The translations under genes were made by a program, and so were the position numbers. Source: Gammaproteobacteria bacterium (GTDB lineage: Bacteria; Pseudomonadota; Gammaproteobacteria; GCA-001735895). Taken from it: a stretch of 64,000 bases of DNA. Below the pieces are notes generated by a model. That model ran no database searches, had not been told where the DNA came from, and saw only the letters and a program-made list of their open reading frames with translations. This document shows positions 41,139 through 50,711 of the stretch, piece after piece; position 1 is the first letter of the stretch; each line of letters begins with the position of its first letter. The DNA lies in NCBI GenBank assembly GCA_050298595.1, contig JBNKUM010000085.1, positions 64,001 through 128,000 of the forward strand. The letters run 5' to 3'.

Positions 41139-41474
41139 ATGAAACTACAAACACTAAAAATAGTTAAACTTTCCGCCCTGGTACTGGTTGCCAGCCTTGC
41201 CGCCACTGTACCTGTTAAATCTATGGCACATGACAGCGGCCATATCAATGCTGAAATTCTGATAAATCTTTCACCATTACTACATACACATCAAGTTCAT
41301 CAATATGGACACAGCACTTATTACCCGCGTCAAATCGAACGTCATCATAAACACCATAAAGCCAGATACTATGATCGCAGATATCACCATGCAAGGCATC
41401 ATCAGCCAGAACGCATAGTGCGCAGCTATGACCGTTACTCGGATAATAAAATTATCCGCAAGCACTTTAAATAA
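41139..41474 (+). CDS. Hypothetical secreted His/Tyr/Arg-rich protein
   Basis: Signal peptide ending SMA; low-complexity HHKHHK..YHHARHH; RBS GGGAG. Confidence 0.6.
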   Translation: MKLQTLKIVKLSALVLVASLAATVPVKSMAHDSGHINAEILINLSPLLHTHQVHQYGHSTYYPRQIERHHKHHKARYYDRRYHHARHHQPERIVRSYDRYSDNKIIRKHFK

Positions 41475-41491
41475 ATCCTGAAGAGGCGCGA

Positions 41492-42238
41492 GTGATGAAG
41501 ACTTTAAAAATTATACTGCTGTGTCTATTACCTTCGCTGGCATTTGCTGGCACTACAGAAACTGTATCGGTACGCAGTGTAGGCAAAATGATAACTGACG
41601 ATAGTATTAATCTTACTCAACAGCTTGAATTAAGCCCAACAATCAGCCTGCAGAAACCATCTTCATCGCAAGGCACTGATTTATTATCTCTGCGTCAAAG
41701 CAACCGAATAACAATCAGTTATTCAGATCCTGTCCAGTTTGACCTGTTCGATGCCTGGGTAGACCTGAGTGGAGACCTTGATCAGGATGGTTACTATCAT
41801 AATATCAAGGTCAGCTTTGATGCCGACGTCAATACACAAACCACCGAGGCTGTGTATGCAAAAATCTATCTCAGTTATCAGGGCGGCCCCTGGTTTCAAT
41901 TGAGTACAACAGATTTATTCGAAATTTACAGTAACTCCGCTGATGACAGTTTCGAGATACTCAATGAGCTGGAACAGGGTTTTGAACCTGGTGATTACGA
42001 AGTGTTGATAGAATTGCACAGCCTCTACCATAGCGGTATTGTGAGTCAGAGAATTGTGCAACTTGACCGCTCGGGTTATCTGATCACTCTGGAAGATTTT
42101 GATCACGATCAACCTGCTTATACTGTCGAGTATGTCGATAGTTATGGATATGCGGTTTCAGGAAGTTTTTCTATTACAGGATTATTACTGATAGGTTTGT
42201 TAGGCGTGATTAAATTTCGATTTTCAAACAGGCATTAA
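41492..42238 (+). CDS. Choice-of-anchor H-like surface protein with C-terminal GlyGly-CTERM-like anchor
   Basis: Signal peptide; DLDQDGYY..FDADV..VYAKIYLS..GGPW..T..F.I..D; tail SGSFS + TM + KFR. Confidence 0.7.
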   Translation: MMKTLKIILLCLLPSLAFAGTTETVSVRSVGKMITDDSINLTQQLELSPTISLQKPSSSQGTDLLSLRQSNRITISYSDPVQFDLFDAWVDLSGDLDQDGYYHNIKVSFDADVNTQTTEAVYAKIYLSYQGGPWFQLSTTDLFEIYSNSADDSFEILNELEQGFEPGDYEVLIELHSLYHSGIVSQRIVQLDRSGYLITLEDFDHDQPAYTVEYVDSYGYAVSGSFSITGLLLIGLLGVIKFRFSNRH

Positions 42239-42460
42239 AATACCCCAGCACTGTGCATACATGAATAAGGGAGGGACATGCACAGCCTGGAGTAAAGGGT
42301 GAAATCGGTATTCTATAAAATTGATCAGCTCAACTTTTAAAAGGTATAGTGAGCTATTCAATTTAAAATAATTCTTCAACTTTAATCACTGGCATCCTTG
42401 CCAGTTCTAAAACGCCTCTCCATCGATGCTAAGAATAGGAAAAAACCAGAACCTGGAGAA

Positions 42461-42475
42461 GTGACAAATTGTCGC
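42461..42475. promoter_or_regulatory. RegA/PrrA-type binding site
   Basis: GTGACAAATTGTCGC matches the GCG(A/G)C-N5-GTCGC type consensus; lies upstream of regBA. Confidence 0.6.
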
Positions 42476-42581
42476 ACTCACCCTAAAGCAGTTGATTTGG
42501 CGAGTAAAAAACAGGCCTTCAGGGTGATTTAGATACGCGTTGCGGCTACACTACCCCTTGTATTAATTCAGAGTAGTATTT

Positions 42582-43868
42582 ATGTCGAGCAACGGCATCC
42601 AGAGTTCAGCAAGAATACTTCGCCAGCTATACCTGCTACGTAATGTCACCATTATTTTCATTTCACTGATGGTGATACTGGCGTTCTACGGCCTCAATAT
42701 AAACCTGCCTGTCATTCCATTAAGCATCATCTTACTGATTATGGCTGGAACCAATCTACTCACCCGTTTGATGATTGACCAGAATAAAGCCATCAGCCAG
42801 CGTGTGATTTTTATTCAGTTGATGATCGAGATTATTTCCTTTTCTCTAATCCTTTACTTTGCCGGTGGCGCCACCAACCCTTTAACCTTCTTTTATCTGA
42901 TCCCGTTGGCGATTGCTGCCACCGTGATCCCCGGCCGCTACACCTGGACACTCACCCTGTTTACCATCGCTCTGTATAGTCTGTTACTGGAGTTCTATAT
43001 CCCGCTTTCCTATCAGATGCATGATCACCAGCATATGCAAGCTGGTGATAGCCAGTTCAATCAGCATGTACTGGGCATGTGGTTTGGTTTTCTGGTCAGC
43101 GCCTTACTGGTGACCTGGTTTATCACCTATCTGGCTCAGGAACTTAAATCTCGAGACATCGCCATCAACGAGGCACGTCAAAGAGAGTTACGCGATCAGC
43201 AAATGGTCACTCTGGGCACACTGGCCGCTGGTACTGCACATGAGTTGAGTACCCCATTAGCCACACTGGCTATAGTCAGTGGTGAGCTGACCGATGGTTT
43301 CGACCCAGTGAAGCATGAAGAATTGTTTGAGAACCAGCAAATCCTGCGCGACCAGATAGCACGCTGTAAGGATATTCTGTCTGTATTATCTGAATCTGCC
43401 GGTGAGGTGCGAGCCGACGAGGGTTATTTGATACCTGCCGAAGACTTTATCGACCAAACCATTCATCACTGGCAAAGCCTGCGTGATGGCATGCTGTTCG
43501 AGCTTAACAAAGCAGCTATGCCACACCATGCTCGTCTATTATTCGATAAAACCATCAGCCAGTCAGTGATCAATCTGCTCAACAATGCAGCCGAAGTATC
43601 GACCGACCCGATACTGATAAACACCCAGATCCAGCAGGATATGCTCGAAATTGAGATTATCGATAATGGCCCAGGCATGAGTGACGAGCAAATAGCAATG
43701 GCCGGTGAAACCAGTTTTTCCGATAAACCCCACGGCATGGGCATAGGGTTATTCCTGGCTATCAGCACCCTGCGCCGGTGTGGTGGTAGTGTCCAGTTTG
43801 AACGCTTAACCCATCGGGGTACCTCTACCCTTATCACTATGCCCCTAATTATATCCGAGTCAACATAA
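42582..43868 (+). CDS. regB: RegB/PrrB-type redox sensor kinase
   Basis: TM region with GGATNP; H.LGMW..F; AAGTAHELSTPL; Q..RCK.IL redox Cys. Confidence 0.88.
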   Translation: MSSNGIQSSARILRQLYLLRNVTIIFISLMVILAFYGLNINLPVIPLSIILLIMAGTNLLTRLMIDQNKAISQRVIFIQLMIEIISFSLILYFAGGATNPLTFFYLIPLAIAATVIPGRYTWTLTLFTIALYSLLLEFYIPLSYQMHDHQHMQAGDSQFNQHVLGMWFGFLVSALLVTWFITYLAQELKSRDIAINEARQRELRDQQMVTLGTLAAGTAHELSTPLATLAIVSGELTDGFDPVKHEELFENQQILRDQIARCKDILSVLSESAGEVRADEGYLIPAEDFIDQTIHHWQSLRDGMLFELNKAAMPHHARLLFDKTISQSVINLLNNAAEVSTDPILINTQIQQDMLEIEIIDNGPGMSDEQIAMAGETSFSDKPHGMGIGLFLAISTLRRCGGSVQFERLTHRGTSTLITMPLIISEST

Positions 43869-44413
43869 TGGAAAATAACCCAGACCAGGCCAACCTGTTA
43901 GTGGTTGATGATGATGAAGTGCTTTGTCATGTGCTCTCCAGAGCGCTGACTAAAAGACATTTTAATGTGCAGGTTGCTCACAGCCTTGACCAGGCCCTGA
44001 TTAGCGCTCATCAAAACCCTCCCGAATTCGCCGTGGTAGATTTACGTATAGGCACTGATTCAGGCTTAAGCGTGATCAAGGAACTGGTCGCAACTGAGCC
44101 AGGCATTCGCATCGTGGTGTTAACGGGATACGCCAGTATCAGTACTGCGGTCGAGTCCATAAAACTGGGTGCCCAACATTACCTGACCAAACCCGCTGAA
44201 GTGGATGACATTATCCAGGCTTTTTATCACGAAGAAGGTCGTACCGAGATCGATATCTCTCCACAGCCCATGTCGGTTAAACGCATGGAGTGGGAGCATT
44301 TACAGAAAGTCCTGAATGATAATGATGGTAATATTTCAGCCGCTGCACGCGCCATGGGAATGCATCGCAGAACCCTGCAAAGAAAACTCGCCAAGAAGCC
44401 AGTAAAGCAATAA
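43868..44413 (+). CDS. regA: RegA/PrrA-type response regulator
   Basis: LTGYASISTAVE, EWEHLQKVL..GNISAAARAMGMHRRTLQRKL.K. Confidence 0.92.
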   Translation: MENNPDQANLLVVDDDEVLCHVLSRALTKRHFNVQVAHSLDQALISAHQNPPEFAVVDLRIGTDSGLSVIKELVATEPGIRIVVLTGYASISTAVESIKLGAQHYLTKPAEVDDIIQAFYHEEGRTEIDISPQPMSVKRMEWEHLQKVLNDNDGNISAAARAMGMHRRTLQRKLAKKPVKQ

Positions 44414-44457
44414 AAAAGCCGACTGACGGGGCACTTTCATACAGCATAAAATCACCG

Positions 44458-45822
44458 CTATTTGGTGATTATCTCCGGCCCCATCATCAGGGTTGGTAAC
44501 CAGGTAGAAATCCATGGAATATAGGTAACAAGAATCAGAAACAGGAACATCACACCTAACCAGGGCGCGGCAGCCCTGACGATATTCAGCATAGACATTC
44601 CAGCAACCCCTGCGGTTACGAACAGGTTTAGACCAACCGGTGGGGTTATCATGCCGATCTCCATATTCACTACCATGATGATCCCCAGATGTATCGGATC
44701 TATACCCAACTGGATGGCAATCGGAAATACCAGAGGCGCAACAATAATCAGCAGCCCAGAAGGCTCCATAAACTGACCACCGATCAGCAACAGGATATTG
44801 ACGACGATAAGGAACATGATGGGACCAAAACCTGCTGACAACATGGCTTCGGTAATCATCTGCGGAATACGTTCTTCGGTTAACACATGCTTAAGAATCA
44901 AAGCATTGGCTATAATGAACAGCAGCATGATGGTTAATTTACCGGCTTCAAACAGGCTCTTCTTGGTGTCGTGATGCCAGAATACCGACAACCCACGCCA
45001 CAACAGCATCACTCCGGTTGGTCCTTTTTCCTTAAAAGGCCCCATATCACGATAGATAAAATTAGCTATGAAAAATGCATAGATTGCAGCCACGGCAGCA
45101 GCCTCGGTAGGGGTGAAAATACCACCATATATACCGCCTAGAATGATCACTATCAGCATCAGGCCCCATATTGCATCGCGCGCCGCTGCAAATATCTCGC
45201 TCCATCCAGCCCAGGGTTGGGCCGGTAAATTCTTATAGCGTGCGAAGGCATAGATAGCCAGCATCAACATGCCACCAGCCACCAGACCAGGCACCACACC
45301 AGCCAGAAACATGCGCCCGACCGATACATCGGTAGCCGCCGCATAAACCACCATAACGATAGAAGGCGGGATCAGAATACCCAGCGTACCCGCGTTACAG
45401 ATAACGCCTGCAGCAAATTCTTTGGTATAACCGACCTGTACCATACCCGCTATGACTATGCTACCTATCGCCACCACCGTAGCAGGGGATGAACCCGATA
45501 ATGCGGCAAACATCATACAGGCGAATACCGAGGCCATTGCCAGCCCACCACGGAATGAGCCCACCACTGCAATGGCAAAGCGAATAATCCGATGCGCCAC
45601 ACCACCCGTAGACATAAATACAGAAGCTAGAATAAAGAAAGGAATCGCCAGCAGGGTATAATGCCCTTCAAAGGCTGAAAACAGGGTTTGAGCAACCGAA
45701 TCCAGCGAGGCATCCGAATGCATCATCAGAAAAATAATGCTCGACAGACCCAGTGATACCGCTATGGGTACCCCAATCAACATAAAGCCAACAACCATCA
45801 GGAAAAGAATTGCGATATCCAT
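44458..45822 (-). CDS. dctM: TRAP transporter large permease
   Basis: LLAIPFF, SGSSPATV, GILIPPS, FTPTEA, TPPVGLNLF. Confidence 0.93.
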   Translation of the reverse strand: MDIAILFLMVVGFMLIGVPIAVSLGLSSIIFLMMHSDASLDSVAQTLFSAFEGHYTLLAIPFFILASVFMSTGGVAHRIIRFAIAVVGSFRGGLAMASVFACMMFAALSGSSPATVVAIGSIVIAGMVQVGYTKEFAAGVICNAGTLGILIPPSIVMVVYAAATDVSVGRMFLAGVVPGLVAGGMLMLAIYAFARYKNLPAQPWAGWSEIFAAARDAIWGLMLIVIILGGIYGGIFTPTEAAAVAAIYAFFIANFIYRDMGPFKEKGPTGVMLLWRGLSVFWHHDTKKSLFEAGKLTIMLLFIIANALILKHVLTEERIPQMITEAMLSAGFGPIMFLIVVNILLLIGGQFMEPSGLLIIVAPLVFPIAIQLGIDPIHLGIIMVVNMEIGMITPPVGLNLFVTAGVAGMSMLNIVRAAAPWLGVMFLFLILVTYIPWISTWLPTLMMGPEIITK

Positions 45823-46520
45823 TATTTTTCCTCCTGATGGGCTTTTACTTCTTCCAGTTCATCCTCTACCTCATGGCTGGCGATTATCTTATCCAGCTCT
45901 CCAGTGAGCACCTTCCAGCCCAGCTCTAAAAATCTAAAGGCCAATAAAAAAATACCCAGCGGCAATGCCAGATAAGGAAGAAAACGGGGTATTTTTTCGT
46001 AAACTATCGGCTCGTATTCATAATCGTTTTCATCTTCATAAGCCTTGCGACAACTGACATCCTGCTCTGAATCACTCATCCCGCATTCGTTAACAAACCC
46101 TTCAATAAAACGTAACGAATCCGGCATAGGGATATCCTGTGTTTCCAGCCAGGCCCTTTCAGTCGCAAAGGGGTACCAGTAATTCCACGACCCGATTAAT
46201 AGCATCACAGAAAAAACAAGGCAGGCAGAAACCGCAATCATGGCCATGATCTTTCGATGCAGGGGGGACAACATATTAATCACCACATCTACGCCGATAT
46301 GGATATGCTTTTTAACCCCGTAAGATGCACCCATCAATACCAGCCAGGCAAACAGGTATACCGTCATTTCCAGTGCCCACAGGATATTGCTGTTGAATAT
46401 ATAACGTGCGATTACGTTAGCGAAGGTTAACAGGGTCATTAACCCCAGGCAGATGGCAATACTGGTTTCTTCAATATTATCTGTTATCCGCCCTAGCTTG
46501 CTCGTAGCTTGGTGATTCAT
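45822..46520 (-). CDS. dctQ: TRAP transporter small permease
   Basis: EE, NVIARY, WALE, HIGVD; start taken at ATG 46520. Confidence 0.88.
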   Translation of the reverse strand: MNHQATSKLGRITDNIEETSIAICLGLMTLLTFANVIARYIFNSNILWALEMTVYLFAWLVLMGASYGVKKHIHIGVDVVINMLSPLHRKIMAMIAVSACLVFSVMLLIGSWNYWYPFATERAWLETQDIPMPDSLRFIEGFVNECGMSDSEQDVSCRKAYEDENDYEYEPIVYEKIPRFLPYLALPLGIFLLAFRFLELGWKVLTGELDKIIASHEVEDELEEVKAHQEEK

Positions 46521-46688
46521 TGCTGGCTCCCGGAAAGTGTCGGATGACACCGAAAATATCCAGATTTCACAGTCAGAAATCGAAAGATATGACGGTCTGT
46601 TTTATAATTATGGGTGAACCCAGCGGCCACGTAATGACCACTGGGTCCACTATACTGCTAAAGGTTAATTAAATTAACCCGATATTCA

Positions 46689-47687
46689 TTACTTATTGGA
46701 TTTTAAAGCAGCTTGCATCAGATCAGAACCGATATCCTTCTCAAATTTCTTCCATACAGGTTTCATGGCATCTACCCAGGCCTGACGTTGAGCGGTAGTC
46801 AGGGTACGTACTACGCCACCAGCTTTGATAATATTTTCCTTATTCTGTAGATTCACTCTATTCGATTCAGCATTACGTGTTTCACTCACTTCTTTCAAAA
46901 TAGTACTTAACTGGGTGCGCACATCCTTAGGTAAGCCCTTCCACCATTTAGAAGAAGTTACCACCAGATAATCCAGAATACCGTGGTTGGTTTCAGTCAC
47001 CCCGTCCTGCACTTCAAAGAACTTTTTGCCATAGATGTTAGACCAGGTGTTTTCCTGACCATCAACCACTTTGGTTTGTAGGCCACCGTAAACCTCTTTA
47101 AATGACATCTTCTGTGGAGATGCACCTAACTGCTCGAACTGTGCAACCAGCACGTCTGAAGCCTGCACGCGGAACTTAAGGCCTTTGGCGTCAGAAGGCT
47201 TGATCAACGGTTTGTTGGCGGACATCTGCTTCATACCGTTATGCCAGAAAGCCAGACCTTTCAAACCACGACGAACCATCGAGTTCTTTAGCCTTTCACC
47301 ATCTCTGGAATTCTGAAAACGGTCTACCGCATTTACGTCTTCAAATACAAAAGGCAGATCGAAGATACGAAATTTCTTGGTGAATTTTTCGAATTTTGAT
47401 AATGAAGGGGCTGCCAAATGAACATCGCCATTCAGCATCGCTTCCAGTACTTTATTATCATCATACAGAGTAGAGTTAGGGAAAACCTCCATACAGGCTT
47501 TACCGTTCATTTCTTCATTGACGCGTTTTTCTAACAGCGATGCGGCAATCCCTTTTGGGTGCTTGTCGGTATTGGTCACGTGGCTGAATTTAATGACGAT
47601 TTCACCTGGGTCGCAGTTTGCCAGAGCAGCAGAACTTGAAACAGCGAGTACAGAAGATACAGCCAGACCGATGAGTGCTTTACGCAT
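46689..47687 (-). CDS. dctP: TRAP C4-dicarboxylate-binding protein
   Basis: IKFSHV..HPKG, APSLSKF, KGLKFRVQ, DGQENTWSN. Confidence 0.93.
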   Translation of the reverse strand: MRKALIGLAVSSVLAVSSSAALANCDPGEIVIKFSHVTNTDKHPKGIAASLLEKRVNEEMNGKACMEVFPNSTLYDDNKVLEAMLNGDVHLAAPSLSKFEKFTKKFRIFDLPFVFEDVNAVDRFQNSRDGERLKNSMVRRGLKGLAFWHNGMKQMSANKPLIKPSDAKGLKFRVQASDVLVAQFEQLGASPQKMSFKEVYGGLQTKVVDGQENTWSNIYGKKFFEVQDGVTETNHGILDYLVVTSSKWWKGLPKDVRTQLSTILKEVSETRNAESNRVNLQNKENIIKAGGVVRTLTTAQRQAWVDAMKPVWKKFEKDIGSDLMQAALKSNK

Positions 47688-47752
47688 TTGATAACCTCCG
47701 GGGTTTGTTTATTGTTTTGGGGAATGCCCCCCTGATCGAACAAAGCTTTATT

Positions 47753-47768
47753 AGCATAGCCTGTGCCA
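47753..47768 (-). promoter_or_regulatory. Sigma54 (-24/-12) promoter of dctPQM
   Basis: Minus strand TGGCACAGGCTATGCT, GG-N10-GC spacing. Confidence 0.75.
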
Positions 47769-47854
47769 GTTTTTAACGCATGCTGAAACGATCCTGCAAG
47801 CCACTGAAATCCAAAGTGTTTTATCGGCTAGCATAATTTTAACCCAAACCATTC

Positions 47855-47874
47855 ATGGGCGGATTTCCACCCAT
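47855..47874. promoter_or_regulatory. Putative DctD upstream activator sequence
   Basis: ATGGGCGGATTTCCACCCAT imperfect palindrome ~90-100 bp upstream of the sigma54 site; resembles the rhizobial DctD UAS. Confidence 0.5.
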
Positions 47875-48029
47875 TTGACACGATTACATGTTTCCCATCT
47901 CACCCAGAGTGATACCTTTAGGCAACTTCGATCAAGGATGAGCGTTATCAACCAGGGATATTCAAATAGCATTGGAGAGACGCGTAAAATGGGGTAATCT
48001 TGCGCCTGATTTTCAATCTGGACTGGTTC

Positions 48030-48965
48030 ATGTCTCGCTTTCTACAGGCTCTTTTTTCTATCTCATTACTGCTCTGCGTCCCTCATGCTGTCATTGCGGC
48101 ACCGCAGGTAGTGGTCACGATAAAGCCGATTCACTCTCTTGTAACCAATGTCATGCAGGGGGTATCTACCCCACAGCTATTAATAACAGGTAATCACTCG
48201 CCGCATACCTTCACCCTGAAGCCCTCGCAGATGCGCCAGCTCGAAACTGCTGACATAATTTTCTGGGTCGGTGAGTTACTGGAAACTTCACTCGAAAAGA
48301 CACTGCATCATGCAGCTAAAAACAGTCAGGTTGTAGAACTTATCGAAACCCCAGGTCTGCAGCAACTGGCAGCCAGAGCTCTGCACAACGGGGCGCAGCT
48401 GGAACACAAACCAGTCCTATCTGGACATCAGCATGATTCGTCCATCGATCCACATATCTGGCTATCGCCATTTAATGCCAGCAAGATGGTACAACATATC
48501 AGCAATACGCTGATCAAGCTTGATCCCGAAAATGCAGCGCAATATCTGGCGAATACTCAACAGACACTGCAACATATTCAACAGCTGGATCAGCAAATCA
48601 GCCATCAATTAAGCCCATTAGCAGGGCGACCCTTTGTAGTGTTTCACGATGCTTACCAGTATTTTGAACGGCATTACCAGCTAAAATCCATCGCTGCCGT
48701 TGCCCTCAGCCCCGACAGGCTACCGGGTGCCCGACACATCAGCAAAATAAAGAAGCGGATTAAAGCACTTAATGTAGCCTGCATATTTAAAGAAACTCAG
48801 TTCAGCTCTCAGCTTGTTAACACCATAAGCGAAGGTAGTAAGGTGAAAACTGGCTCGCTTGACCCACTGGGAGCCACCCTGACCGCAGGCCCAGACGCCT
48901 GGTTTGAGCTAATGCAAAACCTGAGCAACTCGATATCCGATTGTCTAACAACGAATCATGAATAA
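48030..48965 (+). CDS. znuA: Zinc ABC transporter substrate-binding protein
   Basis: TIKPIHSL, SPH...LKPSQ, DPHIWLSP, FHDAYQYFE, LDPLG. Confidence 0.9.
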   Translation: MSRFLQALFSISLLLCVPHAVIAAPQVVVTIKPIHSLVTNVMQGVSTPQLLITGNHSPHTFTLKPSQMRQLETADIIFWVGELLETSLEKTLHHAAKNSQVVELIETPGLQQLAARALHNGAQLEHKPVLSGHQHDSSIDPHIWLSPFNASKMVQHISNTLIKLDPENAAQYLANTQQTLQHIQQLDQQISHQLSPLAGRPFVVFHDAYQYFERHYQLKSIAAVALSPDRLPGARHISKIKKRIKALNVACIFKETQFSSQLVNTISEGSKVKTGSLDPLGATLTAGPDAWFELMQNLSNSISDCLTTNHE

Positions 48966-49060
48966 CCCCTCCTCTCTGCATTATGTTTAAATGCTGCTAC
49001 TTTATTATCATTAAGCGATCATGATTCCAGCGCTATTTCCAATTAACTATTGCATCCAGG

Positions 49061-49837
49061 ATGACTGCAATGAGCGATAAACCGTGGCTTATCAAGGCCA
49101 GCGGGATAGAGGTTAGTTATAACCAACGCAACATCCTGGAGGGCATAGATCTTGAGGTTGCTGAGGGCGAAATCGTTACCCTGATTGGCCCCAATGGCGC
49201 AGGTAAAACCACTCTGGTACGTGTCATGCTGGGGCTGATCAAGCCAACAGCTGGAAAGGTTCAACGTAAACCAGATCTCACCATTGGTTATATGCCTCAA
49301 CGTCTGCAATTACCCGAGACTCTGCCATTGACGGTCGCACGTTTTCTGCGTCTAAGTGGCATTCAGGATAAACAGAATTATCTGGGACTGGTACAGGAGC
49401 TGAGCATTCAACATCTGCTGGACAGCCCAATGATCAAGTTATCCGGGGGTGAAACTCAAAGAGTATTACTGGCACGCGCTTTGATAAAAAAGCCGCAACT
49501 ACTTGTTCTGGATGAGCCGGTTCAGGGCGTAGACGTTACCGGACAGTCTGAGCTCTACGCCCTCATAGCGCGCCTGAGAAAACGCTATCATTGCGGCATT
49601 TTGATGATATCTCACGATCTGCATCTGGTGATGGCAACCACCGACCGGGTGCTATGCATTAATCGGCATCTATGCTGTGTCGGTCATCCAGAAAGTGTCA
49701 GTCAGCACCCTGCCTATCTGGAGCTGTTCGGAGCGCCTGTGAGTGAGAACCTGGCCCTGTATACCCATCATCACGATCATACCCACGATATCCATGGCAA
49801 TGTGATAGAACTGGACGAGGATTCATCGCATGGATGA
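49061..49837 (+). CDS. znuC: Zinc ABC transporter ATPase
   Basis: [40 protein letters not shown]. Confidence 0.93.
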   Translation: MTAMSDKPWLIKASGIEVSYNQRNILEGIDLEVAEGEIVTLIGPNGAGKTTLVRVMLGLIKPTAGKVQRKPDLTIGYMPQRLQLPETLPLTVARFLRLSGIQDKQNYLGLVQELSIQHLLDSPMIKLSGGETQRVLLARALIKKPQLLVLDEPVQGVDVTGQSELYALIARLRKRYHCGILMISHDLHLVMATTDRVLCINRHLCCVGHPESVSQHPAYLELFGAPVSENLALYTHHHDHTHDIHGNVIELDEDSSHG

Positions 49838-50615
49838 TTTTCTATTGCGCGCCATCCTCGCCGGTTGCGGAGTTGCCATAGTCGCCGCCCCGCTGGGCAG
49901 TTTTGTGGTATGGCGTCGCATGTCCTATTTCGGTGACACACTGGCACATTCCGCCCTGCTGGGCGTTGCACTGGGGTTTCTATTTGATATCAATCTCAAT
50001 CTTGCTATTGTTTGCGTTGCTGTCATCATAGCTATGCTAATGCTTGGCCTGCAAAATCGCCGCCTGCTAGCGAGCGATACATTACTCGGCATACTTTCGC
50101 ATGGCACCCTGTCGATAGGACTGGTCGTTATAGCGACTCAAGACGATCTGCGCGTCGACCTGATGGGGTATCTATTTGGCGATATTCTAGCGGTTACCCC
50201 GACTGATTTACTTTGGGTATGGGGAGGCGGCCTGGTGGTGCTCGGGCTTTTGCTAAAGATATGGTACCCCTTACTCTCCCTGACCGTTCACCAGGACCTG
50301 GCTCAGGTAGAAGGGGTTGCGGTTAACAAGGTACAGATGATTTTCATGCTGATGATCGCACTGGTGATTGCCATATCGATGAAGATCGTTGGGGTTTTAT
50401 TGATCACCTCAATGCTCATCATCCCGGCTGCTGCCGCGCGTCGCTTTAGTCAGACCCCCGAGCAGATGGCCCTGATTGCAGCATTGACTGGAGTAACCTC
50501 GGTAGGATTAGGATTAACCGCCTCGTGGTTTTGGGATAGCCCGGCTGGGCCATCGATTGTGGTTGCCGCCACCTTGCTATTCGTAAGTAGTCAATTATTC
50601 AACCGTGTCGATTAG
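49830..50615 (+). CDS. znuB: Zinc ABC transporter permease
   Basis: [35 protein letters not shown]. Confidence 0.94.
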   Translation: MDDFLLRAILAGCGVAIVAAPLGSFVVWRRMSYFGDTLAHSALLGVALGFLFDINLNLAIVCVAVIIAMLMLGLQNRRLLASDTLLGILSHGTLSIGLVVIATQDDLRVDLMGYLFGDILAVTPTDLLWVWGGGLVVLGLLLKIWYPLLSLTVHQDLAQVEGVAVNKVQMIFMLMIALVIAISMKIVGVLLITSMLIIPAAAARRFSQTPEQMALIAALTGVTSVGLGLTASWFWDSPAGPSIVVAATLLFVSSQLFNRVD

Positions 50616-50711
50616 TTCATCTTTGATTCAGCAACATGCACCTACTATCTACTCGCTGTAAGCTGCCGACTATGACAAAATCCGCCCTTTAACCCGAAAC
50701 CCAGATTACTC

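Noticed and set aside
48985-49015. Possible Zur box between znuA and znuC
   Set aside because: Only weak resemblance to the Zur palindrome; symmetry insufficient
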